From Vitrella brassicaformis CCMP3155 (lineage: Eukaryota > Protista > Chromerida): DNA of 18,771 nt. The position numbers and the translations under genes were made by a program. Location of the stretch: positions 1 through 18,771 of the forward strand of contig CDMY01000806.1 of the NCBI GenBank assembly GCA_001179505.1, written 5' to 3'. This document shows, one piece after another, positions 8,800-17,900 of the stretch. The stretch's first letter is position 1, and every line of letters begins with the position of its first letter. The notes under the pieces were generated by a model. The model did not search any database. It worked only from the letters and a program-made list of their open reading frames with translations, and had not been told where the DNA came from.

Positions 8800-10167
8800 T
8801 GTGATACTTGTTGCTCAAAGGCAAGATATAGAACCAGGCCTGACGATTTTGCTTTGGCTCGCCCGTTAGGCAAGAAGCGATCCGGTCGGTGTATGCTATT
8901 GTCTGTTGTTCTTTTGCCTGAGCTTCCAAGCGTCACGTGGCCTGAGGTACTGAAGCTAGGCAGGTCAGCTAGTGAGGTTGGAAGGGAGAGATTCCCTTTC
9001 GTGAAAGCGCTCACCGCGCCCATTGGCTTTGTCTACCTCTTTGGTGGCCCTCACGGACTCTGACTCTATGTGAATGATGGATGGAAGCGTACATGAGTTG
9101 ATCGGAAGAGCCATCTTTCGGTGAGGCTTTTCCGGGGTCTTATCGCGCAAAGATCCATAACTGATTATGTCTTGACGTGTCCAAGCAGAACCGCATCAGA
9201 ACAGCATCAGAAACACTTCTCGACCTTCACAGTGTCAACTGTTCAGCCTCGCGATATCAAAGTTCCTCCTGCCTAGTCGACAGATCTCCCCCTCGATTTA
9301 CGAACAGGAATGGTTAGCTAGGAACACGCGACCATTCCAGTACTTCCTTGTCGCCATTGCAGTGGCGAATGGCGAAGTTGTCAGCACTTAGGAGGGACTT
9401 CAAGGTTACACGCATGAAGTCTTAGATTACGTCATCCTGAGACTCAGTGCACATCATCAGGCTCTTCCTGCACATCATGCTGCAACACACAAGAGGCGGA
9501 CTGTACGATAGGGTGCGACGTCTGCCTGCTCACCACTTCCTCCTTTGTTTTCATGCAGTGTCATTGACAGACAAGGCAGCTGCAACGCTGTCCTTGAATG
9601 CTTCGACGTCCTCATTGCGGCCTGAAGAAAGAAACATTGTGTAAGAGTGTAAAGCTTACTGACAGACAGCCACGGAGGACCAGCGAGTTTCCCGAGGACT
9701 TCGTCAGCCGCGGGCCGTATAGGCCCCCGCTTCGGGGCTGTGAGGTGACTGGCTGGATCTGGATGCTGTGTATATTTTTTTATGTGTCTATTGTGGTGCA
9801 TGTCTCACGCTCGTTTGCAGTGTGCGACATGCGTGTGCTTGCAGTCAATGAGCGTTGTTCATTGGTTTTGTATGGTTGTGCTCCCTCTTGCTTGCTTAGT
9901 ACGAACTGATGCTTAGACGAACTTCGTCGCCCGTTCTATTTGTTTACTAAAGTACAAGCTCACTGAGACGTCATCCTTCTGAACATTTGTTTGCACAAAA
10001 GGTGGGACAGCATGGCTGACGCAACCACTTCCTAAAATATGTGGACAGCCTCCGCCTCTCACCCTTAAATGACGACTTTGTCCCTAAGGTGCGTCAAATT
10101 AGGTGACGAGGGCAAGAATACAATGTATAAAGAGACTCATAGTCTGTCCCTCGTTCATTTCTCTAAG

Positions 10168-10311
10168 ATGAAATAGCTCAGGCCACACTCGTGGCGAGAG
10201 GCGTCCGAGAGCTATTGGAAGGATCGGCAAAGCGACTGGCGACTTTATTCGACCTGCTGTGTGTGGAGGCTCGCAAGAAGCTGCACGACTTCATTATGCC
10301 GCAAATCAGCC
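10168..10311 (+). pseudogene. Isolated exon-like block, product unknown
   Basis: A stop-free, protein-like frame (EIAQATLVARGVRELLEGSAKRLATLFDLLCVEARKKLHDFIMPQISQ) lies between a pyrimidine-rich ...ctctaag acceptor and a gtacag donor. It could not be linked to neighbouring exons. Confidence 0.3.
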
Positions 10312-10501
10312 AAGTACAGAGATACAGTGAGACACGCTTGCGTAGATGCACTGTTCTCTCACTCTGTGTGTGCATTTCAAAGCTGCTGATATCTCTCGCT
10401 CGTTCTGGCGCCACAGCTCCCGTCCTTATTGATCGAATCGCCACACTCATTGCACGGACGAGAGAGATGCACACAATAGGAGAGACGTTCAAGGACACCA
10501 G

Positions 10502-11300
10502 GGGGAGGTCCTCATGCGCATCATGGGCAAGGCGATGAGCCTGGAGACCGGCTTCGACTTGGAAAGGGAGTGCGGGGAGGATCAGCTGTGTGCGGGCATA
10601 AAGGGGGGCATAGAGGCAGCGATTCATGCCGTGAGCGGCCTGTTCGATTGTGGTGAGGGCGAGGCGGAGTGTGTGCTGGCGGTCGACGCGAAGAACGCCT
10701 TCAACAACCTCAGCCGCCCTGCAGCGCTCTGGAATGCCCGGCAGCTGTGGCCACGTGCGTCCCGGTTCCTGTTCAACACCTATCAGGGCCACGCTGCGCT
10801 CTGCCTGGGGGGCGAGAAGGAGCCGCTGTGCAGCCAGGAGGGGACCACACAGGGTGATCCGATGGCCATGCTGATGTATGCCGCCGGCACCTTGCCACTC
10901 GTCCGCAGCCTCAAGGAGCCAGCAGAGCAGGGGCCACAGATGTGGTTCGCAGACGACTCGTCCAAGTGCAGCTCCCTCGAGCAGGCGAGGGAGTGGTGGG
11001 ATAAGCTTGGAGAGAAGGGCTGCCGTACGGCTATTTTCCCACGGCAGGCAAGACCATCCTGGTGGTGCGGGAGGGGCTAGAGGAGAGGGCGCGGGAGGTG
11101 TTTGAGGGGGTGCAGGGGCTGACCATCACGACGGGCAGCCGGTACCTAGGCGGCTTCATCGGCACAACGGAGGGCCGCCTCGCGTATGTGCAGCAGAAGG
11201 TGGAGCGTTGGTAAGAGTGCATCAGGGATGTCGCACGTGCCGCGACCAAGCGCCCGCAGCAGGCCCACGCCGTCATGACCAAGTCGCTGCATCCCGAGTG
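10502..11300 (+). mobile_element. Internal reverse transcriptase fragment of a CRE-like (RLE-type) non-LTR retrotransposon, pseudogenised
   Basis: RT motifs GEVLMRIMGK, QLCAGIKGGIEAAIHA, VDAKNAFNNLSR, SQEGTTQGDPMAMLMYA and WFADD are present. After a frameshift near 11020 the frame reads PYGYFPTAGKTILVV...SRYLGGFIG...KVERW*, with TAA at 11212-11214. The fragment is truncated at both ends. Confidence 0.9.
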
Positions 11301-11511
11301 CCCACGCGTGTGGATTGGCTTGAGGGAGGGAGGGAGTGTGGCATGCATGGCGTAGTATGTGGGTGCCGCGTGGCATGGCGTGGCATGGGTGTGGTCAGTT
11401 TCTGTCTTGTGTTTGTACGAGCCTAGTCTGACTGAATCTATCTGTGAGTTTGCTGAGTTTGTCTGTCTGCTGCCTGTGTGGCCCTGTCGCACACGTAGAT
11501 AGGTAACCGAC

Positions 11512-11549
11512 TTCTCTCTCTCTCTCTCTCTCTGTATCCTCTCTCTCTG
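11512..11549. repeat. (CT)n microsatellite
   Basis: Directly visible, with one interruption. Confidence 0.85.
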
Positions 11550-11560
11550 ACTTTCTGTCC

Positions 11561-11917
11561 GTGTTGGGGTGGGGTACTTTCTGTGGGGTGGGGTACTTTC
11601 TGTCTGTGTTGGGGTGGGGTGCGGTGCGGGGAAGCAATGTGACGTGGCGATCAATGGAAAGACATGCACGTATGTATACGTGTGGGTCGTTACACAAATC
11701 GTATGTCTGCATGCTCTGTGTGATGCGTTGGGGTGGGGTACTTTCTGTCTGTGTTGGGGTGGGGTACGGTGCGGGGGAGCAGTGTGACGTGGCGATCAAT
11801 GGAAAGACATGCACGTATGTATACGTGTACGTCGTTACACATGCATGCTTACATGTGGCTGTAAGCGTCCGTCCCTTCCATCAATCGTATGTCTGCATGC
11901 TCTGTGTGATGCGCTGG
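11561..11917 (+). repeat. G-rich tandem duplication, ~145-bp unit, with GGGGTGGGGT subrepeats
   Basis: gtgacgtggcgatcaatggaaagacatgcacgtatgtatacgtg starts at 11639 and 11784. aatcgtatgtctgcatgctctgtgtgatgcg occurs near 11697 and 11883. Confidence 0.85.
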
Positions 11918-12057
11918 CAGGTGGACGGTCTTTTTCACTCTGCATGTGGGGGGTGACACGGGGGGTTGTGAGTGTGTTGTGTTTGAGAGCCGACACCATG
12001 TAGGCGTTCATTCGGTCCTTGGCCTCTGAATGGGTGACGACTGAGTGGGTGATTGAT

Positions 12058-12357
12058 NNNNNNNNNNNNNNNNNNNNNNNNNNNNNNNNNNNNNNNNNNN
12101 NNNNNNNNNNNNNNNNNNNNNNNNNNNNNNNNNNNNNNNNNNNNNNNNNNNNNNNNNNNNNNNNNNNNNNNNNNNNNNNNNNNNNNNNNNNNNNNNNNNN
12201 NNNNNNNNNNNNNNNNNNNNNNNNNNNNNNNNNNNNNNNNNNNNNNNNNNNNNNNNNNNNNNNNNNNNNNNNNNNNNNNNNNNNNNNNNNNNNNNNNNNN
12301 NNNNNNNNNNNNNNNNNNNNNNNNNNNNNNNNNNNNNNNNNNNNNNNNNNNNNNNNN
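12058..12357. other. Assembly gap (300 N) with overlapping flanks
   Basis: The 43 nt before the gap (gtccttggcc...gattgat) are repeated identically right after it. Confidence 1.
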
Positions 12358-13003
12358 GTCCTTGGCCTCTGAATGGGTGACGACTGAGTGGGTGATTGAT
12401 CCAGCGTCCTGACGAGACATTTTGCATTGCATGTGGTGTGCATGTCTGGTAGGCAGGTGCACAATTGCAATTTTCCGGGATACATACATACATACATACA
12501 TGGTTGCGTACTGTGTTCGCCTGCCTACAGGAAGTACTGCATCATCCACCCACACCCCTAGATGTGATCAATACTCTGTTTTCAACGAGACACGACGACG
12601 ACACGACACGACTGATCTAGAGGGGGAAGACATATGATGGGGTTTATCTATGTCTATGTATGTGTCTGGGTCTATTTCCGCATCGTCTATGAATATTTTC
12701 CACGGCCCACTGTGTTGTGTATGGTGGGGATGACAGGAGAGGGTGGGGCGATTCACAATATGGGGGGCCTCTCCAACTTTTTGTACGTGCCTCTGCAGAG
12801 CGAGCGGTGCTTTACGGGATACGACAATGGTGATTGGACGTACAAGACAGACGCGCCGCAAGATAGATGGAGAATACATCCATGCATGCATCGTGCGGTC
12901 TACACGTTGGGTCAACGTACATACAGTCAAAGAGCAGCAGCCATTCATCGCATGGCAGCAATGCAACACTCCTCCCAGCACATCTGTGTCCACCAGTGCG
13001 TTT

Positions 13004-13008
13004 GACAG
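13004..13008 (+). other. Candidate 5-bp target-site duplication (GACAG)
   Basis: It lies immediately outside the LTR terminus at 13009. The partner copy would be beyond the window, so it is unverified. Confidence 0.35.
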
Positions 13009-13278
13009 TGTCGGATAAATAGCGTGCCCAGATTGCTCGTAGAGTAGTTGATGACCAAGCAGATGCAGACAGAGTCCTTTTCTCTTTTGAAAGGCCCAGT
13101 GTGCTCAACGCATGGCGTTGGTTCTCCACAAATAGTGGGCTCCGTTTCACGAAGCTACCTAGCCGAAACGGGATTTCTGTGGGCCCTGGCCAGGGGTAAC
13201 TGGCCAGACGGTATTATGATGGGTTCTGCTGCTCGTTTCACGTGGCAGCCTGGGCTAGGGCTTGAGTGCCCTTCGACA
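13009..13278 (-). repeat. Complete 3' LTR (270 bp) of the copia element
   Basis: On the minus strand it starts TGTCGAAGGG right after the polypurine tract and ends ...TATCCGACA, giving TG...CA ends with a 5-bp inverted repeat TGTCG/CGACA. No TGG primer-binding site follows it. Confidence 0.85.
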
Positions 13279-13287
13279 CCCCCTCTC
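13279..13287 (-). promoter_or_regulatory. Polypurine tract (GAGAGGGGG), second copy
   Basis: A purine run directly abutting the LTR TG. Confidence 0.85.
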
Positions 13288-13387
13288 ACTCAAGACCCTC
13301 TACGAAGCCTAGAGTGAAGCCATCTGCCAGATCTACATCTGCTCTGCCTCCCCTCATGCACCCATATCGGATTCCTCATCAGATTCC
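13279..13387 (-). mobile_element. Copia 3' end variant (last pol codons, 3' UTR, PPT)
   Basis: Matches 14875-14983 with 4 substitutions; the protein ends ...SDMGA* instead of ...SDMDT*. Confidence 0.85.
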
Positions 13388-13687
13388 NNNNNNNNNNNNN
13401 NNNNNNNNNNNNNNNNNNNNNNNNNNNNNNNNNNNNNNNNNNNNNNNNNNNNNNNNNNNNNNNNNNNNNNNNNNNNNNNNNNNNNNNNNNNNNNNNNNNN
13501 NNNNNNNNNNNNNNNNNNNNNNNNNNNNNNNNNNNNNNNNNNNNNNNNNNNNNNNNNNNNNNNNNNNNNNNNNNNNNNNNNNNNNNNNNNNNNNNNNNNN
13601 NNNNNNNNNNNNNNNNNNNNNNNNNNNNNNNNNNNNNNNNNNNNNNNNNNNNNNNNNNNNNNNNNNNNNNNNNNNNNNNNNNNNNNN
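13388..13687. other. Assembly gap (300 N) with overlapping, slightly divergent flanks
   Basis: About 53 nt on either side are the same copia sequence with 2 mismatches (atgcaccc vs atgtatcc). Confidence 1.
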
Positions 13688-14516
13688 ACATCTGCTCTGC
13701 CTCCCCTCATGTATCCATATCGGATTCCTCATCAGATTCCACATCCATCCTTGTGCCCCTCGGTAAGAGGAAGTCTTGCGTGGCGTGTGACGGGTTGCTG
13801 AACAGCTTCTCTGTCACTGGTGTGTGCTTGCCTGCAGGCAGGTTCTTGGTGAGCACATCTGCCACGTTCTCAGCGGATGGGATCCAACCAACCTCCACCT
13901 CGCCCGCCTCGACCTTCTCGCGCACCAGGTGATACCTGACACGGATGGCCTTGGTCCTATCAGACATCTCTGCGTTGTAGGAGACTGATTGTGCTCCTCT
14001 GTTGTCCACCAGGATTGTCGTTCTCTCCGACTTGGTGCCGAATGCCTGTAAGAGCTGCTGGATGTGAACAATCTCACGCGCACACTCGCTGGCTTCGATG
14101 TACTCAGCTTCAGTGGTGCTCGCCGCGACGATTGGCTGGTTCTTGCACCGCCAGATGACGGGATTGCCGCACAGGTAGATCACGTAGCCTCCCGTGCTCC
14201 TGCCATTCTCCAGGTCAGCATGGCTGGAATCAGCATAGGCGAGAATCTTCACGCTCTTGTCTGCTGGTCTCCTGAAGGTCAACGCTCTTATCGCTGTCTC
14301 CCTCAGGTACCGGATGATGTGTTTGATAGCCTCCCAATGGCGCTTGCCAGCACAGTTGCAGTACATGGCGCATTCCTTGACTGCGTAGGCGATGTCGGGT
14401 CTGAGCGTCACTGCAGAATACAGCAAGCTGCCGACAGCCTCGCGATATGGCACTTTGCTCATGTGGTCGTGCTGCTCCTTTGTTGTTGGTTCCATCGTCT
14501 TGGAGAGCTTGACACC
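13688..14516 (-). mobile_element. Second copy of the copia RT-end/RNase H segment
   Basis: 829 nt matching 14931-15759. I found only two differences, both synonymous, and the encoded protein is identical. Confidence 0.9.
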
Positions 14517-14816
14517 NNNNNNNNNNNNNNNNNNNNNNNNNNNNNNNNNNNNNNNNNNNNNNNNNNNNNNNNNNNNNNNNNNNNNNNNNNNNNNNNNNNN
14601 NNNNNNNNNNNNNNNNNNNNNNNNNNNNNNNNNNNNNNNNNNNNNNNNNNNNNNNNNNNNNNNNNNNNNNNNNNNNNNNNNNNNNNNNNNNNNNNNNNNN
14701 NNNNNNNNNNNNNNNNNNNNNNNNNNNNNNNNNNNNNNNNNNNNNNNNNNNNNNNNNNNNNNNNNNNNNNNNNNNNNNNNNNNNNNNNNNNNNNNNNNNN
14801 NNNNNNNNNNNNNNNN
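14517..14816. other. Assembly gap (300 N)
   Basis: Run of exactly 300 N between an LTR start and an RT-end segment. Confidence 1.
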
Positions 14817-14874
14817 TGGTTCTGCTGCTCGTTTCACGTAGCAGCCTGGGCTAGGGCTTGAGTGCCCTTCGACA
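14817..14874 (-). repeat. First 58 nt of a 3' LTR, running into a gap
   Basis: Matches 13221-13278 apart from the gap-edge base and one G/A difference; it begins TGTCGAAGGG after the PPT. Confidence 0.9.
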
Positions 14875-14883
14875 CCCCCTCTC
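14875..14883 (-). promoter_or_regulatory. Polypurine tract (GAGAGGGGG)
   Basis: A purine run directly abutting the LTR TG at 14874, about 67 nt after the pol stop. Confidence 0.85.
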
Positions 14884-14949
14884 ACTCAAGACCCTCTACG
14901 GAGCCTGGAGTGAAGCCATCTGCCAGATCTACATCTGCTCTGCCTCCCC

Positions 14950-17900
14950 TCATGTATCCATATCGGATTCCTCATCAGATTCCACATCCATCCTTGTGCC
15001 CCTTGGTAAGAGGAAGTCTTGCGTGGCGTGTGACGGGTTGCTGAACAGCTTCTCTGTCACTGGTGTGTGCTTGCCTGCAGGCAGGTTCTTGGTGAGCACA
15101 TCTGCCACGTTCTCAGCGGATGGGATCCAACCAACCTCCACCTCGCCCGCCTCGACCTTCTCGCGCACCAGGTGATACCTGACACGGATGGCCTTGGTCC
15201 TATCAGACATCTCTGCGTTGTAGGAGACTGATTGTGCTCCTCTGTTGTCCACCAGGATTGTCGTTCTCTCCGACTTGGTGCCGAATGCCTGTAAGAGCTG
15301 CTGAATGTGAACAATCTCACGCGCACACTCGCTGGCTTCGATGTACTCAGCTTCAGTGGTGCTCGCCGCGACGATTGGCTGGTTCTTGCACCGCCAGATG
15401 ACGGGATTGCCGCACAGGTAGATCACGTAGCCTCCCGTGCTCCTGCCATTCTCCAGGTCAGCATGGCTGGAATCAGCATAGGCGAGAATCTTCACGCTCT
15501 TGTCTGCTGGTCTCCTGAAGGTCAACGCTCTTATCGCTGTCTCCCTCAGGTACCGGATGATGTGTTTGATAGCCTCCCAATGGCGCTTGCCAGCACAGTT
15601 GCAGTACATGGCGCATTCCTTGACTGCGTAGGCGATGTCGGGTCTGAGCGTCACTGCAGAATACAGCAAGCTGCCGACAGCCTCGCGATATGGCACTTTG
15701 CTCATGTGGTCGTGCTGCTCCTTTGTTGTTGGTTCCATCGTCTTGGAGAGCTTGACACCAGACGGCAAGGGCGTCTTCGCTCCTTGGCAAGGTATCTCTC
15801 CCCTTCGATCACACATGTTGAACCTCTCGATGAGCTTCTGCACGTACTTCTCTTGTGAGAGTGCCAGGATGCCTTCTTGCTTGTCGTAGGTGACATTCAT
15901 GCCCAGGAATCTCTCGGGATGCCCGAGGTCCTTGATGCCGAACTTGCCGTGCAGCTGCTGCTTGAACCCCTCGGCGTCAGCCTCTCGACCCACTGCAGGT
16001 GCGTAGAGCATGTCGTCCACGACAACCACCACCCATAAGCCCCTCTCGTCATGTGTGAAGATGCACGGCTCGACGCTGCTCTGTGTGAAACCGATGCTTC
16101 TCAGGTAGTCCACCAGAGTGACGTGCCAGGCCCTCGGTGCTTCCTTGAGACCGTAGAGAGCTTTCAGGAGCATCCACACCATGCCGGGCTTCTCGTATCC
16201 TTCTGGGCAGTTCATGAAGACAGGTCGGTCTAGAGGGGAGTTGAGGAACGCCACATCAACATCGCATTGATATAGCGACCTATCAGCTAAGAGAACCAAG
16301 ACAAGGAAGACACGTATAGCGACTTGTGACAGTGTGGGTGAGAAGGTCTGTGTCACTTCCTTTGGGTCTTGTGCGTATCCCTTGATCACGATACGTGCCT
16401 TGAACTTGTCAGGCTTGCGAGTGAAGACCCACTTGCTGGGCAGTATCTTCCCCGTTGCTTGTGATCGTGGTACGTACACATAGACACCTTTCTCATCCAT
16501 CGATGTCATCTCTTTGTCGCTTGCTTTCTGCCATTCCTTTCTGTCTTTGCAGGTCATGGCCTCTTTGTGCGTTCGCGGCTCATCTCCAATAAAGAGATAC
16601 ACGCCGTCGTCATCATCTGTCACGTAGGCAACCACTCTCTCGTTGGTTTTGCCAGACAGGAAGCACATGTCTTTGTCTTTGCGTCTTTGTTTGCGTGCAG
16701 GCCCACGGGCGTATTGAGTAGTCCATGTATCGACCGCATCCTCAACAACACCAAAGAGGCACCAGATCCGCTCTTTGAGTACCGATCTTTTTGCCGGTTC
16801 GCTCTCGGCGTCCGCATGGGCAGATATGAAGTCGCGTCCAATTTGTGTATTCCATTGGCGCTTACGACCAGATCTACGAAGACCTTGTGGCTCTTTGTTG
16901 ATTGAATTTCCTTCCACATCAACGGCCAAGTCGTCATCTTCTTGCCCAGGCTCTTGTTCGTGGTCTGTCGCATCGTTCTGACCCTTGTGCATGCCCTCGT
17001 CGTGCGCCTGACCGTCCATCTGCTCACTCTCATGGGGATTTGGTGCTTGAACGAGTTTGTGCTCGTCAGCTCCCTGCATGAGTGGCCCTTCGGGGGCTAC
17101 TTGTGGCAGTGGCGGTGCGTCAAAGGCGTCTTCATCGATGGGCTGCTGGTCTTGAGCGTCTTGCGCTTCTTGGGCGTCTGGCGCTTCGTGAGCGTCCTGC
17201 CCATGTGTGTCGCCATTTCCTTCCCCCTCTCGAACCGGTAGGAAGTATGGATTGACACCCTTCTGTTGATTGAACATATGTTCAAAGAAGGTGGCTGTGT
17301 TTGTGACCTTTATTTGTCTTTTCGACGGTATCCAGAAGAGGTATCCGTCCTTCATCTGTGGATGATAGCCAACGAAGATCGCTGCGTCGCACTTGGGACT
17401 GAACTTCGTGGCTCGCTCATGCTTCCGCACAAAGGGGTAGGCTACACATCCAAACACACGCAGTTTGCGCAGGTCAGGTTTGAAGTTCTTCCACATTTCG
17501 TATGGTGTTTTGTTCCCTTCGTTGCTTCTGCAGGGACACCGATTGCGCACATATGCGGCTGTTTGCACAGCCCACGGCCAGAAGCCCCCCGGCAGATTCG
17601 CCGTTGCGAGCATCGATGTTGCCGTGTTGTTCAGCGTTTGTATCATCCTCTCAGCCACGCCATTCTGCTCATGGACGTGCGGGACACTGAACGATTTGGC
17701 GATTCCGAACTGGGCGGCTGCATGGAGCAGATTGCCTTCAGCTAGCTCTTTGGCTCCGTCACATCTCAGCTCCTCGATGTGTCCGACCTCAGCGATGTAT
17801 CGTCTCAGGCCTGTGCCTGCATCGCTTCGACGCTTGAGAGGTATCACAGACACACGACGAGTATAATCGTCCACAAAGACCATGAAGTATTGATAGCCAT

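Noticed and set aside
8830-9750. Exon-like, protein-looking stretches (e.g. VHIIRLFLHIMLQHTRGGLYDR; VIDRQGSCNAVLECFDVLI)
   Set aside because: Splice phases do not join without stops, and the opposite strand gives equally plausible peptides, so neither strand nor product can be supported.
12634-13005. 123-aa plus-strand ORF next to the LTR
   Set aside because: It has no homology cue or coherent splice structure and is best treated as unannotated host flank.
13009-14874. Treating the two LTR sequences as the 5' and 3' LTRs of one small element
   Set aside because: Both are preceded by a PPT and neither is followed by a visible PBS, so both are 3' LTRs and cannot be used to date an insertion.
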